DNA of 64,000 nucleotides, from assembly GCA_016793015.1 (NCBI GenBank), contig JAEUJD010000116.1, forward strand, positions 6,691-70,690, in the 5' to 3' direction. Position numbers and translations under genes: made by a program. This DNA is from Phycisphaerales bacterium (lineage in GTDB: Bacteria; Planctomycetota; Phycisphaerae; Phycisphaerales; UBA1924). How positions within the stretch are numbered: position 1 is the stretch's first letter; the number at the start of each line of letters is the position of its first letter. Below the pieces are notes generated by a model. It was not told the DNA's origin and made no database searches. It saw only the letters and a list, made by a program, of their open reading frames with translations. Shown here one piece after another: positions 1 through 9,663 of this stretch.

Positions 1-150
1 TGTTACTCGGTGCGAAAATGGCGGAAAGATCCATTTCGGGCATAGGAGACTCTAGTTCTGGCTGGGGGACTTCGGAAAGTTGTGCACAATGGATGTGGAT
101 GATTTGGCGTTTGGAGAATCCGCAAGGGGGGGCGGAATACCGTCCGAGCG

Positions 151-1851
151 ATGAGCAGTTTCGGAGGACAAGAAGGCGGTGGGGGAGGTGGCAAGCCGTG
201 GCGGGAGCGCCGGCCACCGGTGTCGACCGAGAAATTATTTGATCGCCTGCCGCCTCACTCGCTCGAGGCGGAGATGAGCCTGCTCGGGTCGATCATGCTC
301 GATCCGAGGTTGCTCAGCGACGTGCTGGCGATCGTGCGCAAGCCGGACGAGTTCTACGCCGAATCGCACGCGACGATTTTCAAGTCGATCGTCGAGGTGT
401 ACGACCGCTTCAACTCGGGCGATCTTGTTCAGATCGTCGAGTCGATCAAGGACAAGGGGCAGCTCGAACTGGTGGGCGGGGCCGAGTACCTCGTCAAGCT
501 GGCGGAAAGCGTTCCGAGCGCGGTGAACGCGCCGCACTATGCGCGGATTGTGGCGGAGAAGGCGAAGCTGCGGAAGTTGATCGATGCCGCGGGAACGATT
601 CTGTACGACGCTTACCACACGGGTGAGCTCGGCCCGGACGGCGCACGCGAGGTGCTGGACAAGGCGGAGATGGCGGTCTTCGAGATCGCGCAGCAGCAGC
701 AGCTGGCGGACCCGCAGCAGTTGAAGGATTTGCTCCAGCTCGAGATCGACCGGATCGAGAGCCAGGAGGGCAAGGGCATCAGCGGCGTGCCGACCGGGTA
801 TCTCGATCTCGACGATCTGCTTCGCGGGATGCAGCCGGGGGAATTGGTGATCGTCGCGGCGCGTCCGAGCATGGGAAAGACAGCTCTTGCACTGAACATC
901 GCCGAGCAGATGGCCAGCGGCGTGACAACGGGCGGGTACAACTCGGCGCCGAACCCGGTCGCGCTGTTCAGCCTCGAAATGTCGAAGAGCGCGGTGACGC
1001 AGCGACTGATCTCGGCGCGATCGGGCATTCCCTCACAGAACCTGCGAGGCGGGCACAAGCTGAGTGATCGCGAGTATCGCAAGCTGCTTTCGGCGTGCGA
1101 CGAACTGGCGAAGGCACCGATGTTCGTGGACGACACGCCGAACATGACGGTGCTCGCGCTGCGTGCCCGCGCTCGGCGTCTGGTCGCGCAGCACGGCGTG
1201 AAGGCGATCATGATCGACTACCTGCAGTTGCTTACGTCGCCGGGTGCCGCACGGGAAAGCCGTCAGGTGGAAGTGTCCGCGATCAGCCGCAACATCAAGG
1301 CGCTGGCGCGCGAACTGAACGTGCCGGTGATTTGTCTTTCGCAGTTGAACCGCGCGAGCGAACAGCGCGAAGGCAACAAGCCCCGCATGAGCGATCTGCG
1401 CGAATCGGGTTCGATCGAACAGGACGCCGACGTTGTCATCCTGCTGCACCGCGAGGATTACTACCACACGCAGGACCCTGATTGGGGCCTTGATAACCCG
1501 GACAAGATGGGCGTGGCCGAGCTGATCATCGCCAAGCAGCGAAACGGGCCGACGGGCGTGGTGCGGCTGGCGTGGGATTCGGCGACGACCCGCTTCAAAA
1601 ACTACGCGGGCGGTCATGTGCAGCCGCCCCCGGAGTTCTCCGGTGGGGGAGCCTTTGGCGGCGGTGGGAATGCGGCGCCCGGCGGGTACGAATCGCCGTC
1701 CGGCGCGGCGCAGAGCTTTGTGGAGCCGGCCCCGCGGTCCGCATTTGCGCCGAGTCGCGCCACCGGGCCGATCGACGGCCATCGCGACGGGGGTGGACCG
1801 GATCGCGATGCCGAAGAGGCCGACGACTCCGTCGGTGGTGTTCCGTTCTAA
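151..1851 (+). CDS. dnaB: Replicative DNA helicase DnaB
   Basis: N-terminal DnaB motif LPPHSLEAEMSLLGSIML. Walker A GELVIVAARPSMGKTALAL. RecA-like core IMIDYLQLL and CLSQLNR. Carries a Gly-rich N-terminus and a roughly 75-aa Gly/Pro-rich C-terminal tail. Confidence 0.95.
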   Translation: MSSFGGQEGGGGGGKPWRERRPPVSTEKLFDRLPPHSLEAEMSLLGSIMLDPRLLSDVLAIVRKPDEFYAESHATIFKSIVEVYDRFNSGDLVQIVESIKDKGQLELVGGAEYLVKLAESVPSAVNAPHYARIVAEKAKLRKLIDAAGTILYDAYHTGELGPDGAREVLDKAEMAVFEIAQQQQLADPQQLKDLLQLEIDRIESQEGKGISGVPTGYLDLDDLLRGMQPGELVIVAARPSMGKTALALNIAEQMASGVTTGGYNSAPNPVALFSLEMSKSAVTQRLISARSGIPSQNLRGGHKLSDREYRKLLSACDELAKAPMFVDDTPNMTVLALRARARRLVAQHGVKAIMIDYLQLLTSPGAARESRQVEVSAISRNIKALARELNVPVICLSQLNRASEQREGNKPRMSDLRESGSIEQDADVVILLHREDYYHTQDPDWGLDNPDKMGVAELIIAKQRNGPTGVVRLAWDSATTRFKNYAGGHVQPPPEFSGGGAFGGGGNAAPGGYESPSGAAQSFVEPAPRSAFAPSRATGPIDGHRDGGGPDRDAEEADDSVGGVPF

Positions 1852-2405
1852 TCGGAGTGGTTGGACGCTTCGCCTGATGGCGAACCAGTTGCGTTGTGCG
1901 TCAGCGGGGCGTCGGTGTCCTTCGTATTGGGGCCGAGAGCCCGGATTGGAAGTTCGCACACCTTCATCACCACCAGCGTGAGCAGCGCCGCTGCCGTCAG
2001 CATCGTGGCGAGCGCGAACTCGCCCAGGCCGCACGCGGCACCGATCGCCGCGACGCACCAGACTGCTGCGGCAGTGGTCAGGCCGTGAACGCTCTTGTCG
2101 GCGCGCACGATCGTTCCCGCCCCGAGAAAACCGATCCCGGTTGTCAGGCCCTGCAGAACGCGGCTGGTTGCCTGTGCCGCGGCATCGCTCTGCATTCCTT
2201 TATTGCCGGCCCCGACCTCGATGACCAGCAGCACGAATGCCGCGGAGCCGATCGAGATCAGCGTCATCGTGCGGAAGCCCGCCGGGTGCTTTCCGATCTG
2301 GCGCTCGAAACCGATTGCTGCGCCCAGACCAAGTGCGGCACCGATGCGAAGCCCGGTCTCGAGCGTTGTGATGGTGAGCATGCGGGGCAGTCTAACGCGA
2401 TTCAC
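1848..2405 (-). CDS. mgtC: MgtC/SapB family membrane protein
   Basis: LRIGAALGLGAAIGFERQ motif followed by hydrophobic helices typical of MgtC. The GTG start overlaps the upstream stop (GTGA). Confidence 0.8.
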   Translation of the reverse strand: MNRVRLPRMLTITTLETGLRIGAALGLGAAIGFERQIGKHPAGFRTMTLISIGSAAFVLLVIEVGAGNKGMQSDAAAQATSRVLQGLTTGIGFLGAGTIVRADKSVHGLTTAAAVWCVAAIGAACGLGEFALATMLTAAALLTLVVMKVCELPIRALGPNTKDTDAPLTHNATGSPSGEASNHSD

Positions 2406-3460
2406 TTGGTCGAAGGTTCGGCGGGCGGACTCGCGGGTGTTGGCGCGTTTGGAGCGGCAAAGCCGTCGTACTTCACGAAGATGGCCACGTCGTCATCGGA
2501 CGGAGCGGAGGATTCCCAGGCGGCGATGTAGAGTTCGCCCAGAAATCCCGCGGCATCCACGAGGCGTTCGTTGATGAACGCAGAGCCCGGCGCCTTCCAG
2601 AGATCGCCGCTCTTTTCGAGTACATACAGCGGCTCGACCTGAGCGTGGGATTTCTCGATCTGCTTGAGCACTGCGGGCCATGGGTTCATGGGATCGGGCA
2701 TGTTCGCGACAGCCGGCGCTATTTTGAGCTGCGTGCGAATGGAGGCTTCTCCCAGCCCGTGCTTGCGGAGCGTGTCCGCGTCGATCTGTGCGTGGATTTC
2801 TTTCTTGGTCGTGAAGCCGTTGGGATTGTCGCCGACCCAGCCGTGGTGGTGGCGGGTGGTGTGCAGCGGCTGCGCGCAGTCGCCGACGAAGTGCGCCAGC
2901 GACCCCATCGACATGGCGATCGCGATGCGGAGCGCCTGCACTTCGTTGCGCCGCGCGGGGTCGTTGATTTTCTCGAGCACCCGGAGGGTCTTGAAATTCG
3001 ATTGCAGTTTGGCGTAGTTCTCGCAGATCGCCTGCGGCAGGAAGCCCGGGTACGCGTCGGTCTTCGAAAAGTCCTTTGGTCCGGAGGCGCGGCCGGCGCC
3101 CGGATGCGATTCGCGGGCGAGGCGGAGCTGTGCCGCGAACTCGTGCCGGAGCGGATCGATGGTTTCCAGCGACAAGTCGAGGTCTGTGAGGTCTTCGACA
3201 TCGAGATAGTGATCGGGGTTGTTGAGGTGCGCGAGGGAGGGCGACCGGATGTTGCGCCAGCGATCCGGCATGGTTGCGAGATCGGCGATCTGGATGGACC
3301 AGTCGTCTTCGGCAATCCACGCGGCGTTTGAATCGGGCACTTTTTCCTTGAAGCGTTCGATTCCAACGCGGGTGATGGCGCGGTGGCCCGGCGCATCCCA
3401 CGCGAGGGCGGAGGGCGAGATGAAGGGCGTCAATACGAGCAACAACAGAAGGTTTCGCAC
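2402..3460 (-). CDS. Secreted S1/P1 nuclease-like zinc enzyme
   Basis: The signal peptide ends ALA|WDAPGH, which would leave a mature N-terminal Trp as in P1 nuclease. Also has HFVGDCAQPLHTTRHHHGW, a zinc-ligand-like motif. Confidence 0.6.
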   Translation of the reverse strand: MRNLLLLLVLTPFISPSALAWDAPGHRAITRVGIERFKEKVPDSNAAWIAEDDWSIQIADLATMPDRWRNIRSPSLAHLNNPDHYLDVEDLTDLDLSLETIDPLRHEFAAQLRLARESHPGAGRASGPKDFSKTDAYPGFLPQAICENYAKLQSNFKTLRVLEKINDPARRNEVQALRIAIAMSMGSLAHFVGDCAQPLHTTRHHHGWVGDNPNGFTTKKEIHAQIDADTLRKHGLGEASIRTQLKIAPAVANMPDPMNPWPAVLKQIEKSHAQVEPLYVLEKSGDLWKAPGSAFINERLVDAAGFLGELYIAAWESSAPSDDDVAIFVKYDGFAAPNAPTPASPPAEPSTK

Positions 3461-3529
3461 ACCGATAGCGTAGCGAATCGGGCCCGGATTCCAAAGGGGC
3501 GTTCGCGGATTGAGGATTTGTTCATCCGC

Positions 3530-4036
3530 TCAGCGGGACGCGTTTGTGACGAGCGTCTGCAGGGACCGGAGGAACCCGGCGGCGGAGGACGACTCGCCTA
3601 CGCAGCCGATGGCGGCGAGCAGGAACTGGGTCGAACCGGCCTGGTTCAGGCGCACGGGAGCGGAAGACGCCCCGTTCCAGGCGATCACTTCGATGAGCGG
3701 GCCGGAGGACGTTGCCGCGGGTGTGGCTTTGGCCATGCAGATGAGCGCGTCTGCACCAGTCTCGACCGGAGTGGGCCGGATGGGAGATTTGTCTCGCTGC
3801 GCGATCCAGTTTGATGCTCCGTCGAGCGCGGCTTTCTCCGCCCAGAAGATGGTGGGTGGATTGGGACGATCGCTCGGGCCGACCCACGTGATGATGATGG
3901 CGGAAGGATTCGACATTGGTGGGGGATTGGGTGCGGGGTTGCTGGTTGATGGACGCAGCTGCGCTTGATCCTGGCGAGCATCGCACGCTGCAAGCGTGAA
4001 GGCGATGATCGTGAAGGCGGAGAGGTGCCGGTGCAT
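3530..4036 (-). CDS. Hypothetical lipoprotein
   Basis: Internal ATG preceded by GGAGGAAAC. Lipobox-like signal MHRHLSAFTIIAFTLAAC. The longer ORF (to 4222) would overlap the next gene. Confidence 0.5.
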   Translation of the reverse strand: MHRHLSAFTIIAFTLAACDARQDQAQLRPSTSNPAPNPPPMSNPSAIIITWVGPSDRPNPPTIFWAEKAALDGASNWIAQRDKSPIRPTPVETGADALICMAKATPAATSSGPLIEVIAWNGASSAPVRLNQAGSTQFLLAAIGCVGESSSAAGFLRSLQTLVTNASR

Positions 4037-4068
4037 GTTTCCTCCGAAGCAGGTTCCTTGCGTCGAGT

Positions 4069-4839
4069 TCAGGCGGCGCGGCGGCGACGGGCTGCGATGA
4101 ATCCGAGGAAGGCGAACGACGCGATCGCGCCCGGTGCGGGCACGAGGCAGTCGGCGCAATCGGTGCTGAGCGCGTACTTGTCCTTGCCGAATCGGGCATC
4201 GAGCGCGGCCTGCGTCAACCACGCCGGGGAGGCGAGCTCGTCGTAGCCGTTGACGATGTTGTTGCCTTCGTTGTCGATGTTGAATCCGTAGGTGCCGCTC
4301 CAGAGCACTCCGATCTTGCCGGGCGCGATGAAGCAGACGAGGGAGAGCTCGGCCTTCCAGTCGACCGCACCCCGGAGGTACTCGCGTGTGGGTTTATCCG
4401 AGAACGTCAGGCCCAAACCGCCGTCGGTCTGATTGTTTTTGTAGAACAGATTTGGATATTCGTTGCCGTCACGGGCCTTCAGGACGTAATTCCAATAGAA
4501 CGGATAGTCGACTCCCTTGGGATCGGTCTCGCCGGGATCGAAGTACGGAGTGCCCGCGGCGGTGCTGGTGTTGTGGGGCTTGTTGGTCTTGATGAGCTGA
4601 ATCCACTGCAGCTCGCCCTTGAGCATGTTTGTCGCGACGGCTTTGCCGCTAACGGAGACACCCTTCGCCTTGGCGTCATCGTCGCGGTACGGAATCGGGA
4701 AGGCGAGATTGATCGTGGCGAGCAGCTTGCCGTCGCACTTGATCTGCTTGTCCTTGATCTCCTTCGTGTCGTCTGCGCCGCGGGCAAGGCCAGCGAAAGT
4801 GATGAGCGAAACAAGGATTACGACCGGGCGGGTGGTCAT
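4069..4839 (-). CDS. PEP-CTERM-type sorting-domain protein (paralog A)
   Basis: Signal peptide MTTRPVVILVSLITFAGLA. C-terminus VPAPGAIASFAFLGFIAARRRRAA, i.e. PEP-like motif, TM helix and Arg cluster. AGGAG lies upstream of the ATG. Confidence 0.7.
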   Translation of the reverse strand: MTTRPVVILVSLITFAGLARGADDTKEIKDKQIKCDGKLLATINLAFPIPYRDDDAKAKGVSVSGKAVATNMLKGELQWIQLIKTNKPHNTSTAAGTPYFDPGETDPKGVDYPFYWNYVLKARDGNEYPNLFYKNNQTDGGLGLTFSDKPTREYLRGAVDWKAELSLVCFIAPGKIGVLWSGTYGFNIDNEGNNIVNGYDELASPAWLTQAALDARFGKDKYALSTDCADCLVPAPGAIASFAFLGFIAARRRRAA

Positions 4840-4927
4840 GGCTGCTCCTGCGGAAGTCACTGGGGAAGCCGGCGGTCGGGCGTTTGCCCGCGCGCCGGGG
4901 AGAAGTTGGATTCAGATCGGCCGATGA

Positions 4928-5698
4928 TCAGGCGGCACGCCGGCGGCGCCCCATGCAGACGATGCCCGCGAATGCCAAGGTGCACGCGGCGCCCGGAGCA
5001 GGGACGTTGCACGTTTCGCAGTCGGTGCTGATCGTGTAGATATCGCCGAAGCGCTGGTCGATCGCGGCCTGGGTGAGGTACGTGCCTCCGACGGCGAGTT
5101 CGTTGATGCCGTCGATGGTGAGCAGTCCTCCTGCGGTGATCGTGAAGCCGTAGCTGCCGGTCCAGAGCACGCCGATCTGGTTGGTGAGTTTGTTCCAGCA
5201 GACAAGGCTGAGTTCGGCGGTCCAATCGATCGCGCCGCCGGTCCACGTGCGCTTGGGCTGATCGCTGAATCCGAGCGTGTTGCCTCCGTTGGAGAACTGG
5301 TTCTGAACCCACAGGCCGGGATAGTTGTTGCCGTCGCGACCCTTGAGGTTTTCATTCCAGTAGAACGGATAGTCGTTGCCCTTGGGGTCGAGTTCGCCGG
5401 GATCGAAATAGGGAGTGCCTGCGGGCGTATTGGTGTTGAGGGGCTGATTGGTCTTGATCATCTGGAGCCATCGCATCTCGCCGGCGAAGTTCGCGGTTTT
5501 GGTGGCGTTGCCGTTGACGGTGATTCCGCCGGTCGCGCCGTTCGCGTACAGCGTGGGTTTATCGAAGTTGATGGTGGCAAGAAGGTCGCCGTGGCACTTG
5601 ATCTCGCGGTTGACGATCCCCTGCAGAACACCCAGCGACGAAGCGCTGCCTGCAACCAGAGCGATCGAGGCGGACACAAGAGCAAACGTGCGATTCAT
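4928..5698 (-). CDS. PEP-CTERM-type sorting-domain protein (paralog B)
   Basis: Signal peptide MNRTFALVSASIALVAGSA. C-terminus VPAPGAACTLAFAGIVCMGRRRRAA. Similar to 4069-4839 along its whole length (GTPYFDPGE.DPKG.DYPFYWN, AELSLVC). Confidence 0.7.
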   Translation of the reverse strand: MNRTFALVSASIALVAGSASSLGVLQGIVNREIKCHGDLLATINFDKPTLYANGATGGITVNGNATKTANFAGEMRWLQMIKTNQPLNTNTPAGTPYFDPGELDPKGNDYPFYWNENLKGRDGNNYPGLWVQNQFSNGGNTLGFSDQPKRTWTGGAIDWTAELSLVCWNKLTNQIGVLWTGSYGFTITAGGLLTIDGINELAVGGTYLTQAAIDQRFGDIYTISTDCETCNVPAPGAACTLAFAGIVCMGRRRRAA

Positions 5699-5957
5699 GT
5701 TGGAAACTCCAAAAGAGAAACCAAGCGGGCCGATCGCATGCGATCGACCGAGCCACATTTGAAACGGCGGCGCGTCTTGCCCCGCCCCATTCCCGCGCGC
5801 TGCTGGCGAAATTGGAAACCGCGGCGCTCGAGATCCCGGTCCGAGCCGGACTCGGGTAGTTTCCCGAGAACGCGGGCGCGCGTCAAGGCTGTCGCGCCCG
5901 AAATTGATTCGAGATCTGTTGCCGGATCACATGTATGGGGGGGGTGAATACCCCTAT

Positions 5958-7076
5958 TCACGAAACAAACAGGTCGCGGTGCGGCTCGTCGTCCCGTTCT
6001 GGTCGTGCGGCGCGGGACATCAGTGTCCCGATGGCGGTCAGTGGATCGACCTTTTCAAAGAGCACAGCGTGGACCGCGCGGGTGATCGGGACTTCGACCC
6101 GGTACTTTTCGGCCAGTTGCAGGACCGCCCGGGTGGTGTAGACGCCTTCGACGACGAATGGCGACTGAGCCAGATATTGCTCGACATCCGCGCCGCGGCC
6201 GATGGCCTCGCCGCAGGATCGGTTTCGGCCTTCGGGGCTGAAGCAACTGGTTGCGAGGTCGCCCATGCCAGCGATTCCGGCAAAGGTCTGGGTGGATGCG
6301 CCCATCGCGGCGCCAAGGCGCGTGATCTCGGCCATGCCTCGGGAGAGGAGAGCGCTCTTTGCGTTGTTGCCGGCTTTGAGCCCGTCGAGTACGCCGGCGG
6401 CGATGGCGATGACGTTCTTCACGGCGCCGGCGAGTTCGATCCCCAGCATGTCGCTGCTCGTGTAGACCCGGAGCCACGACGCGGTGAAGAGTGATTGCAT
6501 CTGGCAGGCGAATGCGGGGTCGTCGCTTGCGGCGACCATGGCGGCGGGCAGGCAGAGCGCAAGTTCCGCGGCGATGGTCGGACCGGAAAGGCAGCCGATC
6601 GGTCGGGGACGGCGATCGGGGTTGTCACGCCCCGAGCGATGCAGGACATCGGCGATGATCTCGGAGGGGCGAAGCATCGTGCCTTCTTCGATTCCTTTTG
6701 AAACCGAAACGATGCCGGCGGCATCGGGAAGAAGCGGGGCGGCGTTTTCGAGAGCGACGCGCATGAATTGCACGGGAATCGCGACCACAACGATGTCCGC
6801 TCCGCGGAGCGCCTCTGGCAGCGACAAGCAGACCTGCACCTGCTCGGGAAGTTTGAAGTGGTGCAGGCGGGGGCTGCGTCGAGTCTGCGCAAGTTGTGCA
6901 CTTTCCGATGGGTTTCGGCCCCACATCCGGACGTTGACCGGTCGACGCATGAGGCCGGCCGCGGGCGGGGGCTGTTCGGCGGCGGCGGAAAGGACGGCCG
7001 AGCAAACCAGGCCCATCTGGCCCAAGCCGAGGATGGTCACGGTGGGGAGGGCGGGATTGTGGGGGGAGTTCTGCAC
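5958..7076 (-). CDS. gpsA: NAD(P)H-dependent glycerol-3-phosphate dehydrogenase
   Basis: Rossmann start TILGLGQMG. C-terminal EGVYTTRAVLQLAEKYRVEVPITRAVHAVLFE is typical of GpsA. The start is uncertain: GTG at 7076 or 7040. The ORF extension to 7361 is unlikely to be translated. Confidence 0.8.
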   Translation of the reverse strand: MQNSPHNPALPTVTILGLGQMGLVCSAVLSAAAEQPPPAAGLMRRPVNVRMWGRNPSESAQLAQTRRSPRLHHFKLPEQVQVCLSLPEALRGADIVVVAIPVQFMRVALENAAPLLPDAAGIVSVSKGIEEGTMLRPSEIIADVLHRSGRDNPDRRPRPIGCLSGPTIAAELALCLPAAMVAASDDPAFACQMQSLFTASWLRVYTSSDMLGIELAGAVKNVIAIAAGVLDGLKAGNNAKSALLSRGMAEITRLGAAMGASTQTFAGIAGMGDLATSCFSPEGRNRSCGEAIGRGADVEQYLAQSPFVVEGVYTTRAVLQLAEKYRVEVPITRAVHAVLFEKVDPLTAIGTLMSRAARPERDDEPHRDLFVS

Positions 7077-7321
7077 GGGATCGAAACGATCTGCAGATGT
7101 TCGGTCTTTGGTCTCGATTCGCGCCCGAACCGTTCGGGCCGGAACGTCGTATTGTTGGCGTGCCGGAACGTCCGTCCGGCGGGTCGGGCATTCTGTCCGG
7201 CCCTTTCGCGTTGGATTGCGACACATGATGGTCGAGCAAGGCTCCACAGTCCAGAGTCGATCGGTTTGATTTGAATTTCCTGCCCCGAATCGCACCCCTC
7301 TTCGCGAGGCCCCAAAGAACC

Positions 7322-9409
7322 ATGGCTTCTCATACCCACGATCACTCCCACTCGCACGCACTTGATGGCCACCCGCATCCGCACGATCACGAGAGTGAAG
7401 AGCTGATCTGCTGCTCGCACCACGAGATCGAGATTGAGCGGTACATCAACCTCTCGCTCCTTGGCGGCGTGCTCGTGTTCGTTACGACGGCGGCCCGCAT
7501 CCTGCCGCTCGGCATCTCGCCGGCGATCGTGCAGATCCCCGCGATGATCGGCGCGGTGCTGCTGGCGCTCCCGCTGCTGTACGCAGCGTGGAAAGAGGTC
7601 TGGGCGGTGCATCTCTCGAGTTCGTCGCTCGCGGCAATCGCGATCATCGCGGCGATCGCCATCGGTGAGTACGAGATGGCGGGCTGGCTCGCGTTCATCC
7701 TCGTCATCTTCGGGCAGTTTGTGCGGCGGAGCGCAACCGGCGCTCAGCGGGCGATTGCCGAACTCGTGCAGTTGACCCCCGATGTTGCACGCATCGTCGA
7801 GAACGGCGCGGAGCGCGAAGCCCCGCTCGGTCAGGTCAAGGTCGGGTCGCTCGTTCGCGTCCGCCCCGGCGAGAACCTTCCGGTCGACGGCAAGGTGCGC
7901 ACGGGCCGATCCACGATCAATCAGGCATCGCTGACGGGTGAAGCGGCTCCGGTGGAAGTGCAGCCCGGCGATCTGGTCTATGCCGGTACGAGCAACCTCA
8001 CGGGCGGCCTTGATATCGAAGTGACGCAGATCGGTGCGGATACGACGATCGGCAAGGTGACCCAGTTGATCCGGCAGGCTGAACGCAGCCGCACCCCGCG
8101 TCAGTTGCTCATCGAGCAGGTTGCCGGGTTCTTTGTTCCTGTGGTGCTTTCGGTGGCGTTCATCGTCTGGTTCTTCATGAGCCAGTCGGAAGTGCAGGAG
8201 ATGCAGAAGAACGCGATGAAGACGGCGGTCGTCGTCCTCGTCGTCGCGTGCCCTTCGGCGATTCTGCTCGCAAGCCCGAGCGCGATGCTGGCGGCGTTTG
8301 CCGCGGCGGCGCGATTGGGCATCATGGTGAAGCAGCCGAGTTACCTGGAGGCATCGGCCGACATCACGGCGGTTGTTCTCGATAAGACCGGCACGATCAC
8401 GACCGGCAAGTTCCAGGTGACCAAGTTGGCGCCGGTTCCGGGCGTGGACGGCGCGGACCTGCTGCGTGCCGCGGCGAACGGTGAACAGCACTCCAACCAC
8501 CCGCTGGCACAGTCGATTCTCACGACCGCCCGTGCGGCACGCGTTGAAGTGGATGGGACCCAGAATTACGAAGAAATCCATGGCCGAGGCGTGATTGCCC
8601 GGACGTCGATCGGCGAGATCCGCGTCGGTCGAGGGAGCTGGATCGCCGAGGGCAATCCGAATGCCGCACGCGAGATGGAAGACGTCGAGAAGCGGATCGA
8701 GGGCATGACCGGCGTGCACGTGATGCGCGATGGCCGGTACCTTGGCGCGGTCGGGCTGGAAGATACGGTGCGGAGCAATTGCCGCCAGGTGATCCAGAAC
8801 CTGCGCGAGAACGGCGTGAAGCACGTCGCGATGTTCACGGGCGATCGGCTCAGCGTTGCGACGCGTGTTGGTCAGGCCGTTGGGGTCGACATGATCGAGG
8901 CCGAGTGCCTGCCCGAAGAAAAGCACGAGCAGATCCGCGGGCTGAAAAAGCTTGGCTACCGCACGCTGATGGTCGGCGACGGCATCAACGACGGTCCGTC
9001 GCTTGCCGAGGCCGATGTCGGCATCGCGATGGGTTTGTCGGGCTCGGATATCGCCGCGAACTCGGCGGGTATCGCGCTGATGAACGACGATCTGTCGCGC
9101 ATCCCGTTCCTGATCGAGCTTTCACGCCGCACGCGGTCGATCATCGCGCAGAACATCGCGGTTTCGGTGCTGATCGCAATCGTGGGCCTCGTTCTCGCGG
9201 CGACCGGCAACTTCAATCGCGCGGGCGAACTCGGGTTGCCTCTGGCGGGTCTATACCACTTCCTCGGCGATATATTCGTCCTTGCAAACAGCTTCCGGTT
9301 GTTCCGCTTCGGCGAGAGTTTCGCCTCGACCGAGACAGCGCAGCCGGCGCTCAAGCGTCGTGCGGCATCGGTGCGCGGTTTGGCTGGTTCGCAGCCTGCC
9401 GCAGCGTAA
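7322..9409 (+). CDS. Heavy-metal translocating P1B-type ATPase
   Basis: His-rich N-terminus MASHTHDHSHSHALDGHPHPHDH. Motifs DKTGTIT, GDGINDGPSLAEADVGIAMG and LTGEAAPV. The transmembrane metal motif reads ACPSAIL (CPS rather than CPC). Confidence 0.9.
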   Translation: MASHTHDHSHSHALDGHPHPHDHESEELICCSHHEIEIERYINLSLLGGVLVFVTTAARILPLGISPAIVQIPAMIGAVLLALPLLYAAWKEVWAVHLSSSSLAAIAIIAAIAIGEYEMAGWLAFILVIFGQFVRRSATGAQRAIAELVQLTPDVARIVENGAEREAPLGQVKVGSLVRVRPGENLPVDGKVRTGRSTINQASLTGEAAPVEVQPGDLVYAGTSNLTGGLDIEVTQIGADTTIGKVTQLIRQAERSRTPRQLLIEQVAGFFVPVVLSVAFIVWFFMSQSEVQEMQKNAMKTAVVVLVVACPSAILLASPSAMLAAFAAAARLGIMVKQPSYLEASADITAVVLDKTGTITTGKFQVTKLAPVPGVDGADLLRAAANGEQHSNHPLAQSILTTARAARVEVDGTQNYEEIHGRGVIARTSIGEIRVGRGSWIAEGNPNAAREMEDVEKRIEGMTGVHVMRDGRYLGAVGLEDTVRSNCRQVIQNLRENGVKHVAMFTGDRLSVATRVGQAVGVDMIEAECLPEEKHEQIRGLKKLGYRTLMVGDGINDGPSLAEADVGIAMGLSGSDIAANSAGIALMNDDLSRIPFLIELSRRTRSIIAQNIAVSVLIAIVGLVLAATGNFNRAGELGLPLAGLYHFLGDIFVLANSFRLFRFGESFASTETAQPALKRRAASVRGLAGSQPAAA

Positions 9410-9437
9410 ATCGCTGCTGCCAATCAGTGTGCTTGCA

Positions 9438-9465
9438 AGCCCGGGTTCGCCCCGGGCTTTTTCTT
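9438..9465 (+). terminator. Rho-independent terminator after the P-type ATPase
   Basis: AGCCCGGG-ttcgc-CCCGGGCT stem followed by TTTTCTT. Confidence 0.7.
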
Positions 9466-9663
9466 GGCTCATCCGGGATTCGCGGGGCGAAGCGGCCGCG
9501 GGAGTTCTACGGCATGCATCGATCGAGCCAGGAACAGCCTCCCGCGCTTCGGGTTCGCACGGCATGTCACTTCCGGCTTGCACGCCGTTCGAAGAAGCTG
9601 CGGTGCGCGACTGACCGAAGCAACGGAATGCTTCCCGCAAGTAGCGGATGGACCTCTCTTTGG

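Noticed and set aside
7077-7361. 95-codon N-terminal extension of the gpsA ORF.
   Set aside because: The Rossmann motif begins at about 7040, and the extension has no GpsA counterpart. It would also run through the palindrome and repeat-containing divergent promoter region.
7037-8926. 629-aa minus-strand ORF.
   Set aside because: It is antisense to the P1B ATPase. It has a low-complexity Arg/His/Asp-rich translation and is a shadow ORF.
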